Notes: generated by a model from the sequence alone, not told the origin. A stretch of DNA of 64,000 nucleotides from an uncultured delta proteobacterium (GCA_963816145.1 CAWFJP010000031.1:64001-128000); one strand, 5' to 3'. Numbered from the stretch's first letter, positions 1 through 10,424 are shown. Made by a program: numbers and translations.

Positions 1-168
1 AACCTGCTTCGGTCCCGGACGCTGCTTGGCTGCCTCGCTGTTTAGTGGAGCTACTGCGAGTGCGGCAACGATCAGCGAAGAGCCTAAAATTTTCGGTAAA
101 ATCGAAGTTCCTGGCTGCTCAGGGCGACCATCGCCGAGCTGCCCAGCTGGTGTGATTTGGCAAGCCAT
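1..168 (-). CDS. 5' part of an exported protein running off the window edge
   Basis: Own translation from ATG at 168: MACQITPAG...ILGSSLIVAALAVAPLNSEAAKQR, open to base 1, with a signal-peptide-like stretch. Confidence 0.4.
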   Translation of the reverse strand, partial: MACQITPAGQLGDGRPEQPGTSILPKILGSSLIVAALAVAPLNSEAAKQRPGPKQV

Positions 169-283
169 TGTAAACAAAGATTCCACCTTATAGTCTGTCA
201 GAACTGGGCTGTCAACCCCAAAATTTGGTATTGATAAAACTCCAATACCTCGGACAATTCGCGGTGTTAGCCGTGAAGTTAGC

Positions 284-2827
284 TTAATCGGACTCGCCAA
301 AAACGAAGCGCCGCAAGGCGATCTCAATGAGGAAAAGTGCGAAGGCCAGGATCAGCAGCGGCTGGCGCACCGGACGGTAGTTTTTCGAAAGGCTTTCACG
401 CCTAAGGGTGTTGGTCGACCGGGGATTGATCTCGCCACCGCTGCCTTCAGCCAATCGCGCCAGCAGCCGGTAGTTGAATTCCGGGCGCGGTACTTCGGCG
501 CTGCGATCGTAGGCCAGCGTGTAGGCGACCGGGGGGAACGGGATGCGTTGACTGGCCCGCTCTTCGGTAACATCAATGCGGTAATCGCCGCTGGAGATCG
601 CCGGCAGGACGGCTTGGAAATGGCCGGGCGCGAGTTTGGTAAGCGCCCCGTCGGTTTTGCCGCCCTTGCTGCTGAGGCTGAAACGGAACTGACTGTTGGC
701 GCTGCTATCCTCGTACACCGACAAATCGAGGATCGATTGCCCGCCGGTAAAGCTGACGCGGGCTTCGTATAACGGGATCAAGTTCTGCTCGCCCGGGCTG
801 AGCCAGTCCAAGATTTGGCCCCAAAAACCTTGTAGTCCACCCCATTGGACCCAGCTGCGTGTCCAGCGTCCCTCCATATCGCTCGTGAAGGCGACCGATT
901 TGCCTTTGCCGTAACGCCATGAGGCCAGCAGCGGAGCGCGTTGGTCGTCGCGCGGGATGATCAGATCAGCCTGGGCGCCCCGTTTAACCTCAGTGTCCAT
1001 ATAGCCCAGCACGGCCGGATAGTTTCTTACGCCGAAACCGGCCAACAATGCTGAGCTGCCGGACTGTACTGGAATGAGCGGACGATTGTCCCGCGGCTCG
1101 TCGCGAGGTTTGTCTTGCAATTGTTCAAGGACGATTTGCGGTAACGTCGACGGATCGATCGTGTGGTGGAACAGGCCACCGCCGTATTGGCTCACCCGCT
1201 TCATGATTCTGACATCCGCGTCATTGCTAATTGCTACGGCCGAGACGGTGATCTTGCTGTCGTTTTTCATGCTGGCGATTAGGTCTACCAGCTCGCCCTG
1301 ACTGCCGCGGGTCACGCCATCGCTGAGTAGGATGACATGCTTGCGCGACGCGTTGACGCGTTCGAGCTGGCGCCTAGCCTCCTGCAGTGCCGGTAGAAAG
1401 TAAGTTTGTCCGCCAGGCCTGAGCCGGTCGATCTGGTTGTCGATGACGCCGCGTAGTCGCGCCATCGATTCCAGGTAGACGACGACAAAAGGAGTGTCGT
1501 CGAAACCAACGACGCCTAATAGGTCGATATCTTTGAGCTGGCGTGCCACCGCCTTGGCGGCTTCCTTGGCGTAGAGAATCCGGTTGTCGTCGCGCATACT
1601 GCCCGACTTGTCTATAACCAAGACGACGGCGCGGTTTTTTTCCGGCTGTTTGGGCGGTTCTTTCGGTACCACCGGCAGGATTCTTTCGATTGGCGTCTGG
1701 CGATAACTATTCTGGGAGAAACTGGCGTCAGCGCCGAGCATGACGAACGAACCCCCGTCGGCGATATGGCGCTCGATGCTGGCGAGGTAGCCGGCCGAAA
1801 AACGCTCCTGCGGCACATTATTGAAAATGACCACTTTGTGACCTGCCGGCGCCGGCGCGCCGTCGGCGCCGTGTGAAACCACGTCGAAGCCTTGGCGGCG
1901 GACGATTTCGTCCAAGTAGCGGCCCGAGCCGCCAGAGCCATTGACGATCAGGACTTTCGCTTTTGTGCGCACGTTAACCCAGGCGAGGGCGTGATTATCC
2001 GCGGAGAACGTATCGGTGGCGGCATCGGCGGCGGCGAAGCTCGCTTGAAAGGCGGTGAGCGCTCCGTCGGTAAGGTTGGCTTGGTAGCTGAAACTCTGGC
2101 TTCCCGGACGTAACTTGATTTGCTCGGTTTTGAACGGCTGGCCGTTGCGAGTCAGGGTGAGCACGCCGTCGACCGCGCGGTCATTTTGATTATCCAGGCT
2201 TACCTTTAGGTTGAGCAGTTCGCCGCTCATGCCCTGGCTGGGTGCGATCACTTTGGTCACCGCGACGTTGGCGATCACCGGTCGCTCAGCCGGCAGCATG
2301 GGGTAAATTTTAATCCCAGCCGCGGCAGCGGCGGGCAGGAGCCGATCAACATTGCCATCGGTTTCCCAACCGTCGGTAAACAGAAAAAGCGCGCGCGGCG
2401 CTGCCGGCAGGGCGAGCAGTGAGGTGAGAAGATTTTCCAGATTGGTTTTCTCCGGCTGGCTGGCGCTGGCATCGCCGGTGAGAGCTTGGTTCAGATTGGA
2501 GCTTTCCTTAGCCGTGGCGCCGAAAGTATAGATGCGGTCGCTGTTGCCCGGCGCCAATTGCTTGGTGGCGTTTTCCATCCAGGCGCGCATGCTCGCCGGC
2601 ACGCTGCGCGAGACATCGTAGGCAAAGATCCGTTCTTCCTGGCGCGACTGTTGGCTCGTGGTCTGCGGGTCGGCAAGGGTGAGTATCACCAGTGCCAAGA
2701 TCGCCGTGCGCCCCAGCAATACCCACAAACGCCGGTCGGCGAAGCGCAGCCAAAGCACCGGCAGGAGGAGGAAGAGCCAGAGAAAATAGGGCCGGGCAAA
2801 TTCGAGATTGGCAAACCAGTTTTTCAT
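284..2827 (-). CDS. vWA domain membrane protein with glutamine-amidotransferase-like segments (MoxR-associated type)
   Basis: N-terminal BatA-like TM (LEFARPYFLWLFLLLP), MIDAS motif DKSGSM, ILLSDG, C-terminal TM; start moved to MKNW, which overlaps the upstream stop. Confidence 0.85.
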   Translation of the reverse strand: MKNWFANLEFARPYFLWLFLLLPVLWLRFADRRLWVLLGRTAILALVILTLADPQTTSQQSRQEERIFAYDVSRSVPASMRAWMENATKQLAPGNSDRIYTFGATAKESSNLNQALTGDASASQPEKTNLENLLTSLLALPAAPRALFLFTDGWETDGNVDRLLPAAAAAGIKIYPMLPAERPVIANVAVTKVIAPSQGMSGELLNLKVSLDNQNDRAVDGVLTLTRNGQPFKTEQIKLRPGSQSFSYQANLTDGALTAFQASFAAADAATDTFSADNHALAWVNVRTKAKVLIVNGSGGSGRYLDEIVRRQGFDVVSHGADGAPAPAGHKVVIFNNVPQERFSAGYLASIERHIADGGSFVMLGADASFSQNSYRQTPIERILPVVPKEPPKQPEKNRAVVLVIDKSGSMRDDNRILYAKEAAKAVARQLKDIDLLGVVGFDDTPFVVVYLESMARLRGVIDNQIDRLRPGGQTYFLPALQEARRQLERVNASRKHVILLSDGVTRGSQGELVDLIASMKNDSKITVSAVAISNDADVRIMKRVSQYGGGLFHHTIDPSTLPQIVLEQLQDKPRDEPRDNRPLIPVQSGSSALLAGFGVRNYPAVLGYMDTEVKRGAQADLIIPRDDQRAPLLASWRYGKGKSVAFTSDMEGRWTRSWVQWGGLQGFWGQILDWLSPGEQNLIPLYEARVSFTGGQSILDLSVYEDSSANSQFRFSLSSKGGKTDGALTKLAPGHFQAVLPAISSGDYRIDVTEERASQRIPFPPVAYTLAYDRSAEVPRPEFNYRLLARLAEGSGGEINPRSTNTLRRESLSKNYRPVRQPLLILAFALFLIEIALRRFVFGESD

Positions 2828-4644
2828 AACCGTTGTGCCGCCCGGGAAAGACCGCGCCAGAATTTTACCGAAACCATGCGCGGGCTCAAGAACCATTCGA
2901 GAAAGAGCAGCGCTAGTGACGCGACCATTAGATAAGGCCAAAAAGAAAACATCACCGACGCGCTGGCACCGCTTGGATTTCCGCCGCCAAAGGCGATGGC
3001 CGAGGCTGCGCGCAGGTCGGATTCACCGCGGTCGAGCAAATTGCGGGCGAAAAGTTCCGTCGCGCCGCCCCGGGTCAAGCGATAAATGCCTTGGAAAAAT
3101 GCCCCGCCAAAAAACGCCGCCCCGGGGGTTATCGCCAGGCTTTTGCCGTCCGGCAGAATCATTCGATCGCCGCTTTGAACCTTGCCGAGAAAAATCGCTT
3201 CGCCGGTGGCTTGGCTATTGGCGCCGCGGCTGTCGAAAAACCAGTCGAGTAGATTCAAGGTAAATACCGACATGGGCAGGTTTTCGCGCCCCAAGTATGG
3301 CAACGGATCAAATCCCAAGACGAGATAGCGCGCGCCTTGCCGCTCGGTGGCAAATGCCAAGGGACCGGCAGCGCTGTCGATGATAATATCGCCGGCGGTT
3401 TGCGGTTTGAGCGGCCGGGTGTAAGTCGGCCGGAACAAGTTGAAGTTGATGTAGCGGGTCAAGACATGCGGGTCGCGCCAGTTGGAGACCGTCATATTGC
3501 TAATGGGCGCGCCAAGTTCGGCCAAGGAATCGTTTTGCGGCGGTAAAATGAACAGCGCCGCGGTCGCCGGCAGCGTCGTCGGGCTGGCGAAATGAAAGAT
3601 TTCCAATCCGTAACCGGAGCGTTCGGCTTTGTCATAGTCGCTCGGCGCGATGGTATCGATTTGCACGCCGGGGATCGCTTTCAGACTCTCCAGCTCGCGC
3701 GGGCGCGGCGTAATGCCCAGTATGCGCAGATTGCGCGACGCCGGTGCCACGGCGAAGCGCCGGTTGTCGAGGGGTAAAGCATCGCGGTTGGCGATCTCGG
3801 CTTCGTAGGTGGAATGATCGGCAAAACCCTCGAAAGAAACCGACGCGCTCTGGCCGCTGCCGACGACGATCTCGCGGTTCGCCACTGCGGCGCCGCTGCC
3901 TTTCAAAACGATCTGTAATTTCTCATCGCGCTCAGAGTAGTTGGCGACCTCGACCTGGGCTTCCAAGCGCGCGTTAGCGAGTGAAGAACGTTGGACTTCA
4001 AAGGACGTGAGCGCGTAATTGCCGCGCGGCTGTCCCACCGTGATCACGCGCGCAATGTCGCTTTGGCCGCGGGCCGGGTGATCGGTGAGCAGATAAATTC
4101 GTTCGTATTTCTGCTGGAGCGCCAGCTGTGAAAGCAGATTGTCGTAATCGGCAGGCGGTTCGGCCAAATCGTAAGGCACCTGTGCGGCGAGGATTCCTGT
4201 CGCTTCGGCAGGTGAGAGCGGCGCGGCATGAAGTTTTTCCAACCTTGGCGTGGTCAGATACAGATCGACTTTACCGCCGGCGCCGAGTTCGTCGACGAGC
4301 GTGCCGGCGCGCTCTTTCGCCAGCGCAAAGCGGCTCTTACCGTCTTCCAGCGCCTGCATGCTCGCGGAATTATCCAAAATCATGGCGATGTTGGTGGGGC
4401 GAATCGAATATACCGGTTCGCTCAAGGCGAAGATCAACAGGGCCAACAATAACAGTTGGAGAAAAAAAATTGGCGGTAAATTGACGCGCCCCCAAGGTTT
4501 TGCGCTGGCTACTTCGCCCGCTTCCAAAAACAGCAGCAAGCTGGAAAACGGTAAACGTTGGGGTTTGCGACGGATGAGATATGGGATTAGAAGCAGCGGC
4601 AGTATCAGCAGACCGAACAAGGCGGTGGGATTGAGAAACTGCAT
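2824..4644 (-). CDS. BatA domain / vWA membrane protein
   Basis: MQFLNPTALFGLLILPLLLIPYL BatA signature, LDNSASM vWA motif, C-terminal FWPYL..LFLEW. Confidence 0.85.
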   Translation of the reverse strand: MQFLNPTALFGLLILPLLLIPYLIRRKPQRLPFSSLLLFLEAGEVASAKPWGRVNLPPIFFLQLLLLALLIFALSEPVYSIRPTNIAMILDNSASMQALEDGKSRFALAKERAGTLVDELGAGGKVDLYLTTPRLEKLHAAPLSPAEATGILAAQVPYDLAEPPADYDNLLSQLALQQKYERIYLLTDHPARGQSDIARVITVGQPRGNYALTSFEVQRSSLANARLEAQVEVANYSERDEKLQIVLKGSGAAVANREIVVGSGQSASVSFEGFADHSTYEAEIANRDALPLDNRRFAVAPASRNLRILGITPRPRELESLKAIPGVQIDTIAPSDYDKAERSGYGLEIFHFASPTTLPATAALFILPPQNDSLAELGAPISNMTVSNWRDPHVLTRYINFNLFRPTYTRPLKPQTAGDIIIDSAAGPLAFATERQGARYLVLGFDPLPYLGRENLPMSVFTLNLLDWFFDSRGANSQATGEAIFLGKVQSGDRMILPDGKSLAITPGAAFFGGAFFQGIYRLTRGGATELFARNLLDRGESDLRAASAIAFGGGNPSGASASVMFSFWPYLMVASLALLFLEWFLSPRMVSVKFWRGLSRAAQRL

Positions 4645-4648
4645 TGGC

Positions 4649-5542
4649 TTACTTGAACAGGCCGATGGCCGGCAGTGTCGCGAAGACAAAATCGCTTAAA
4701 TCGCGATCGGTGACATAGATAGAATAATGAACACCGCTTTGATGGCAGAAACTGCGCAGTTCGGCGTTGTGGTGTGCCAGCTTTGATTGATAGTCGCGAC
4801 GGGCCTCGGCATTCCACTGATATTTGATTTCTTGCTCGGTCTCGCTGTCGACCAATGCCAAGCTCCCGCTGGGAAAGCGCGGATCGACTTCGTGGCGCGA
4901 CAGGATTTGGATCGCGGCGATGTCGAGATTGAACGCCCGCAATAAATTCAAGCCGGGCTGATAGGATGCCGCGGGCATCATAAAGTCCGAGATCAAGATG
5001 GCTTTGCCGGGCCGGCGCATTTTCTTCAAATGGTCGCCCAGGGCGGGCGCTAGTTGCAGCGGCCCGCCTGGGGTGGCGGTGGTAGCGAAGTCGACGCAAT
5101 CGATCATGCGCCGCCGGCCGCGGTAAAACGGCGAGGCCTTCATGCCGCTTTTCTCCTGGAGTAAGTGCAGCTTAACGTGGTCGTGATTGGCTAGGATTAC
5201 ATAGCTCAGCGCCAGACCGACATGAGTCGCCGGGAGATATTTCAGTTCGCGCGACGGATAGCCCATCGACGCGCTGGCGTCGATGAAGACATAGGCGAAC
5301 AGGTCGACTTCCTCGCGAAAAAGCTTGACGTACAGCTTATCCGTGCGCGCGTAGATGCCCCAGTCGAGATAGCGCAAGTCGTCGCCCGGCGTATAGCGGC
5401 GATAGTCGGCGAACTCCAAACTGGTGCCGCGCCGCGGCGACGAGTAGCTGCCCGTATGGCTGCCGAGAAACTCCTTGTGCGTGCGCAGGCGCAGGGCTTC
5501 CAGCTGGGATAGAAACTGCGGTGTAAAGGGGTTGGGCAGCAT
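4649..5542 (-). CDS. DUF58 domain protein
   Basis: EFADYRRYTPGDDLRYLDW...YVKLF signature. Confidence 0.92.
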   Translation of the reverse strand: MLPNPFTPQFLSQLEALRLRTHKEFLGSHTGSYSSPRRGTSLEFADYRRYTPGDDLRYLDWGIYARTDKLYVKLFREEVDLFAYVFIDASASMGYPSRELKYLPATHVGLALSYVILANHDHVKLHLLQEKSGMKASPFYRGRRRMIDCVDFATTATPGGPLQLAPALGDHLKKMRRPGKAILISDFMMPAASYQPGLNLLRAFNLDIAAIQILSRHEVDPRFPSGSLALVDSETEQEIKYQWNAEARRDYQSKLAHHNAELRSFCHQSGVHYSIYVTDRDLSDFVFATLPAIGLFK

Positions 5543-5556
5543 CGGTGGAAACTAGT

Positions 5557-6249
5557 CTAATCGACGTAGGCGATGGGGTCGACGGCGCCGGCTTCTTGAA
5601 AGCCTTTGACGCGCAGCTGGCAGCTGTCGCATAAACCGCAAGCGCGGCCGTCTCTGCCAGGATCATAGCAGCTCCAGGTCAGACCATAGTCGACGCCGAG
5701 TTCGATGCCTTTGGCGATGATGGCGGCTTTGCTCATGTGCAGGAGCGGCGCGTGGATTCTCAAGAGGGTTTTGCCTTCGACGCCCGCCTTGGTGGCGAGA
5801 TTGGCCATATTCTCGAACGCACGGATATATTCCTCCCGGCAATCGGGATAACCGCTGTAGTCGAGCTGATTGGCGCCAAAAAAAATGTCGTCGGCGCCAA
5901 TCCGTTCGGCCAAGGCGAGACCGAAGGACAAAAAGATGGTGTTGCGCGCCGGCACGTAGGTTACGGGAATGCCATGGGAGATTGCCGTGGCGCTGCGGCT
6001 TTTGGGAACCTCGATTTGATCGGTGAGGGCCGAACCGCCGATGGCGCGCAGATCGAAGTCTATCACCAAGTGGCTGCTCGCGTTCAAGAAGTTAGCCACG
6101 CGCTTTGCCGCTTCGATCTCACAAGCATGACGCTGGCCGTAGCGGAAACTGAGCGCATGAAGTGTAAAGCCGGCCTGTTTGGCGATGGCCGCGGCGGTCG
6201 CCGAGTCGACGCCGCCGCTCAGCAATACGACGGCAGGTTTGTCAGACAT
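5557..6249 (-). CDS. queC: 7-cyano-7-deazaguanine synthase
   Basis: [27 protein letters not shown]...CGLCDSC. Confidence 0.96.
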   Translation of the reverse strand: MSDKPAVVLLSGGVDSATAAAIAKQAGFTLHALSFRYGQRHACEIEAAKRVANFLNASSHLVIDFDLRAIGGSALTDQIEVPKSRSATAISHGIPVTYVPARNTIFLSFGLALAERIGADDIFFGANQLDYSGYPDCREEYIRAFENMANLATKAGVEGKTLLRIHAPLLHMSKAAIIAKGIELGVDYGLTWSCYDPGRDGRACGLCDSCQLRVKGFQEAGAVDPIAYVD

Positions 6250-6252
6250 AAA

Positions 6253-6726
6253 TCATGAGCGCGGAACTTTGCTGCCTTCCATCGGGTAGCGTTTTTCATA
6301 CCAGCCGACGATGCCTTCGTTCAGCACTTTCATATTGCGAAAACCGTTTTCGTAAAGAATGCCATAGGCCAGACTGGCCAGGTGATGGGGGCATGCTCAA
6401 TAGAGTACCACCGGTCGGTCGCGCGGAATGCTCTTTAGATACTCTTTGAACTCCCCAAGCGGCGCCGACTGGGCGCCCAAAATATGCACCTCGTCGAACT
6501 CCTCTTTGGTTCGGACATCAATCAACATCGGCTTGGCGCCGGTTTTGAGTTCGTCGACGAGTTGATCGATGCCGATAAACTCGGGTGTGACATCCGGCGG
6601 TAGAGTTTGTTGGGCAAATTCCGGATACTTCGAGGGATCGGCATGGGCGCCGGGCACGGTGATGAGGCTTAGACCGAGCGCAAGTCCAGCGGCAGTCAGA
6701 TACAGGTTCGATCGGATTCGCTTCAT
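6253..6726 (-). CDS. Exported rhodanese-domain selenoprotein, 157 aa with UGA read as Sec
   Basis: ORF track stops at PVVLY-UGA (6397-6399). The frame continues as ACPHHLASLAYGILYENGFRNMKVLNEGIVGWYEKRYPMEGSKVPRS, which completes the rhodanese fold. UGA sits at the catalytic Cys position; signal peptide present. Confidence 0.88.
6362..6388 (-). promoter_or_regulatory. Candidate bacterial SECIS element
   Basis: mRNA CCAU-CACCU-GGCCA-GUC-UGGCC-U-AUGG; the G-initiated apical loop begins 22 nt after the UGA. Confidence 0.65.
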
Positions 6727-7595
6727 GGGTTTGCCCCCGGAGCGGTATATTTAGTCAGCTGTGCCAGCGTATCCAAGGATTGGACCCCGGTGGTGCGCTG
6801 TCCGTTAATAATCCAGGTCGGATAACTTTGGATATCCTTATCCTTGCAGACCGCCGCTTGTGGCGCTTGCGGGCCGCCGGGGCTGCATTCGACATAAGGG
6901 AGCCGTTTCACCGAACTGCCGAATAGTTTCTTTTGTTCCTGGCAATGCGGACACCATGACGCGCCGTAAAACTTCGCGTCGGACTTTGCCAGATGTTCGG
7001 CTAGCCCTTTGACCCATGGATCTTCCGGGCCGGGCGCGTCGCCCCAGTAGCCGGCGAAATAGAGATGGAGCGCGACGACGATCGCGGCACCGACCCCGGC
7101 GCTCTTGCCCAACCAGGGGCCCCAGGAAAAGTTCGGCAAGTTCGCCGGCTTTTGGAAGGTGGTCATGATAAAGATGACCGCCATGATGCCGAGGGAAGTG
7201 AGGCAGTAGGGACAGGTGGCCTTCAGATCGAAAATTGCCATAGAAGTCAGATATAGACTAAACAGCAAACCGAAGAGCGAGATCACCCAAGCCCAGCGCC
7301 ATTGATTGTCAGCGTAGCGGTTCCACGACACCGCAGCGAGCACCCCGTAGGTTAAAAATCCCCAGAAAGAAGTCGGCATGCCGAACAATGTCGACCATTT
7401 GCTGTTCAACACGACATCACAGCCGCTGCCCGCGACACAAAAGGCGACCAGTTTTTCCGCCCAGGCGGTGTAGGTGAGATAAGCCGACAAGATCATGCCC
7501 AGCGTTGACAGGGCAAAGAGCGGCCAGTTGGGTCCATCGCGCAAGAGCGCTTTTGCCGGTTGCTTACCTTTGGGGTTTTTCTTGTCGCTAGCCAT
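6723..7595 (-). CDS. Vitamin K epoxide reductase (VKOR)-thioredoxin fusion, disulfide bond formation
   Basis: C..GSGCDVVLNSKWS loop, CPYC in the TM domain, C-terminal WCPHC...YVEC...YPTW. Confidence 0.93.
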   Translation of the reverse strand: MASDKKNPKGKQPAKALLRDGPNWPLFALSTLGMILSAYLTYTAWAEKLVAFCVAGSGCDVVLNSKWSTLFGMPTSFWGFLTYGVLAAVSWNRYADNQWRWAWVISLFGLLFSLYLTSMAIFDLKATCPYCLTSLGIMAVIFIMTTFQKPANLPNFSWGPWLGKSAGVGAAIVVALHLYFAGYWGDAPGPEDPWVKGLAEHLAKSDAKFYGASWCPHCQEQKKLFGSSVKRLPYVECSPGGPQAPQAAVCKDKDIQSYPTWIINGQRTTGVQSLDTLAQLTKYTAPGANP

Positions 7596-7598
7596 CGA

Positions 7599-8243
7599 TC
7601 ATCCTTTCAACAAGGTTTCTACGTCGTTTCTGAGCCGCGCCAGACTATCCATCGCGCGGCTATCGTAGTAACCGCGGATTTGCGCCTGCGGATCGATCAA
7701 GACAAAGCGCGGGCTGTGCGGAATCATGCCGTTACCTTCGAGGCTGTCGGGAAGCGTTGCGACGCTCAAGTGAAAGCCGTCGCGGACAAGCTTAATCACC
7801 TGATCTCGCTGTCCGGTGAGAAAGTACCAGCGTTGTCGATCGGCTTCATGTTTGTCGGCGTAGGCGCTTAGCACCTGCGGCGTGTCCCGCTCCGGATCGA
7901 CGCTGATGGAGACGAATTGGACGTTTGCTTTTGACGCGAACTCTTTTTGCAGCTTGGCCATGGTTGCTGTCTGCAACGGACAAGTGTCGGTGCAAGTGGT
8001 GTAAATAAAGTCAGCGATCCAAATCTTGCCGCGCAGTTCCGTCATGGCGACGTCTTTGCCGCTGCGTTCGGTGAGTGTGAAGTCCGGCACCGTGCCATAT
8101 TGCTTCAACCCGTCGTCGTCGGCGCGATCCGCCAAAACGACGCGCGGCGGCGGCCCGAGTTTCAGCCACAACACCGTGCCGAGGATCACGCCCAAGCCGA
8201 TTACGGCAGCACCTAGCAAGAAGAACCGTTTTGCGTCGTTCAT
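7599..8243 (-). CDS. SCO/SenC family metal chaperone
   Basis: FIYTTCTDTCP, SVDPERDT, conserved His (IPHS), N-terminal TM. Confidence 0.93.
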   Translation of the reverse strand: MNDAKRFFLLGAAVIGLGVILGTVLWLKLGPPPRVVLADRADDDGLKQYGTVPDFTLTERSGKDVAMTELRGKIWIADFIYTTCTDTCPLQTATMAKLQKEFASKANVQFVSISVDPERDTPQVLSAYADKHEADRQRWYFLTGQRDQVIKLVRDGFHLSVATLPDSLEGNGMIPHSPRFVLIDPQAQIRGYYDSRAMDSLARLRNDVETLLKG

Positions 8244-8402
8244 ATGGGAAAAAAGGTATCGACAATCGATTTTATCGGTTAAATGGCCATTTGTGTAGAG
8301 CGGTGTGGGAAAACGTGACTAACTTCGGTTGCCAATAATGATTCTTCGCCAGTCCGAGAGTGGATCAGCCTTATTCTATCCGCACGTCAGAATTCACCTC
8401 GC

Positions 8403-8963
8403 CTATCCCGGCGGAATCTTCTCGATCAGTTTTCCTTTCATGAAAAGCTCGTAGCCTCTTAGCGACAGCTCATAAGCGCGCGGCGAGTGGTCGGACATGT
8501 CGGAGACGACCAGGTCTAAAATTAGCAGCGTTTCGCTATTAGGCTGGATGTCGTAGTTTAGTTTGAACCGGCCGATGGTGTTTTTTACCGGGGTCTTGCG
8601 TTGGGCTTTCTTCAATATAGCGGTGATGCTTTTAATTTTTAAATGAAATGCGTCGAAGGCGCCGGCATCGATGGGCGCACGGAACACTTGGGCGGAGTTT
8701 TTGCCGAGATACTTGGTCAGATCGATCGGCTCCGAAGTGACAGCGAGATCTTTCCAGCCGGTCTGCCAGAACTTCAGGCCCGGTTTGGGGCTGACTGATA
8801 TTTTATCGATGGCGACGATGACTTTGTCAAAATCGCCGATGGCATCGCGGTGGTCTTTGATCCGGATTTCCAGGATGCCTTGTCCACGCTCGGCAGCTTG
8901 CGCGTGAATCGATGCGCCGAAGATCAACAGCGCTATGATTAGGATTTTTCGGATTCGAGCCAT
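8403..8963 (-). CDS. Exported DUF4382-like protein
   Basis: Signal peptide; beta-rich IRIKD...VIVAIDKI...IDLT pattern. Confidence 0.6.
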   Translation of the reverse strand: MARIRKILIIALLIFGASIHAQAAERGQGILEIRIKDHRDAIGDFDKVIVAIDKISVSPKPGLKFWQTGWKDLAVTSEPIDLTKYLGKNSAQVFRAPIDAGAFDAFHLKIKSITAILKKAQRKTPVKNTIGRFKLNYDIQPNSETLLILDLVVSDMSDHSPRAYELSLRGYELFMKGKLIEKIPPG

Positions 8964-9559
8964 TTAATGTCTTTCAAAACTTCTTTGACGAGCCACTTGT
9001 CGCCGTAATAGTCGACGCGCCGCATGCCCTTGGCGTCGATCAGGGTTGTCAGGTTGGTGTGCTGGATCTGACCGTTGCCGTGGTCTTTGACGTTGACGCC
9101 AAAATTTTTCCAAACTTCGGCGATATCCTTTTGCGCACCGGTGAGGAAATGCCAGTGTTTCACGTCCGCTTTGAACGCCTCGGCGTAGGCTTTCAGCTTG
9201 GCCGGCGTGTCGCGTTTGGGGTCGGTGCTTATGCTGAGTAGTAAGTAATCCTCGCGCATTTCATCTTGGAGGGCGCGCTGAATCGCCGCGAAGTGGGCGC
9301 TGAAGAGCGGGCAGACATCCGGGCAGGTCGTGTAGACGAAAGTGACCAGAACGACTTTGCCGCTCGCCGCTTTGAAGTTAAACTTTTTGCCCGCTTGATC
9401 GGTCAGCGTGAAGCCCGGCGCGGCGACGTTGGTCTCGCGCCGGCCGATCTCGCCTTTCTTGGGCGGGATCGGAATATGCGCGCGCAGCTCAGTGGTCAAT
9501 AGACTCAGCGCAATGAGTACTGCGCCAAGGCCGATGCTACTTTTCGATTTGGAAGTCAT
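8939..9559 (-). CDS. SCO/SenC family metal chaperone
   Basis: FVYTTCPDVCP, STDPKRDT, IQHT. Confidence 0.93.
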   Translation of the reverse strand: MTSKSKSSIGLGAVLIALSLLTTELRAHIPIPPKKGEIGRRETNVAAPGFTLTDQAGKKFNFKAASGKVVLVTFVYTTCPDVCPLFSAHFAAIQRALQDEMREDYLLLSISTDPKRDTPAKLKAYAEAFKADVKHWHFLTGAQKDIAEVWKNFGVNVKDHGNGQIQHTNLTTLIDAKGMRRVDYYGDKWLVKEVLKDIKWLESEKS

Positions 9560-10424
9560 AGGTGACTTTTAGCTGCTTGGACTCGTCGGGCAGGTCGCCG
9601 CGAACCAAGTAGGTCGACGAAAACTCTCGGTCTTCGCCCGGTTTCAATTGGACCGGTAGGAGCAATGCGCACTCGACCAGATCGAGATGTTGGCGTAGAT
9701 CTTGGGGTTCGACGCGGTGGACGATGCGGGTTGCGACGGCCTCTTTGGATAAATTGCGGACGCGGTAGGCGATGGTGAACAACTCGTTGGCACGCACGCT
9801 GGTTTCGCGGGTCAGCGGCGTAGCTTCGATAACTTTGTTACTTGGCACGGTGGCATCGTATTGCACTCGTAGGCCGGCGGCCCAGTCGAACAAGACGCGC
9901 CACAGGCCGTTTTCCTTGACCAGTGTGAGTTCTTCTTCGCCTTCGATGAACTTCAATTTGTCAGCGCGGCGCAGATCGTCGAGGGTGGTAAGAATCTCCT
10001 TTTGCTTCTGCGGCGGCAAAGCGTTGAGTTTGTCGGGGTCCCACTCGAGCAAGAGTGTCGACAAGTTATTGGCGTCGGGCAGCTTGACTTGGAATTTAAC
10101 CTTGGTTGCGGCGTTGTTTTCCACCGTGCCGACCTGACGCACCTCGATCATCTCGGCGAGTTTGGCGGCGACGGTCAAGGTGAAGCCGCTAAATGGCCCC
10201 TTTTCCTGGATATAGAGTTCCTCCGACTTGATCAGCCGGTCGCGGTTGGAGATCAGGCGATAAGCTTTCTTATGATCGTGGGCGTAGGCGCTCTTGAGAT
10301 AGGCGTTGATCGTCCGCACCGGCCCAGACTCGGCGCCGTTGCTGGATGCAGAGAGAAAGTAACAGGGCGGCAGCGCCAGCGCGATGGCGGCGGCCGCGGA
10401 CCAAAGTAGATTGGCGATGTTCAT
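9537..10424 (-). CDS. Exported protein with NTF2-like N-domain and Cox11/CtaG-like C-domain (paralog 3)
   Basis: YRVRN...IVHRVEP...LDLVEC...LKPGEDREF aligns by eye with the Cox11 C-domain; clear paralog of 10421 and 12052. Confidence 0.6.
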   Translation of the reverse strand: MNIANLLWSAAAAIALALPPCYFLSASSNGAESGPVRTINAYLKSAYAHDHKKAYRLISNRDRLIKSEELYIQEKGPFSGFTLTVAAKLAEMIEVRQVGTVENNAATKVKFQVKLPDANNLSTLLLEWDPDKLNALPPQKQKEILTTLDDLRRADKLKFIEGEEELTLVKENGLWRVLFDWAAGLRVQYDATVPSNKVIEATPLTRETSVRANELFTIAYRVRNLSKEAVATRIVHRVEPQDLRQHLDLVECALLLPVQLKPGEDREFSSTYLVRGDLPDESKQLKVTYDFQIEK

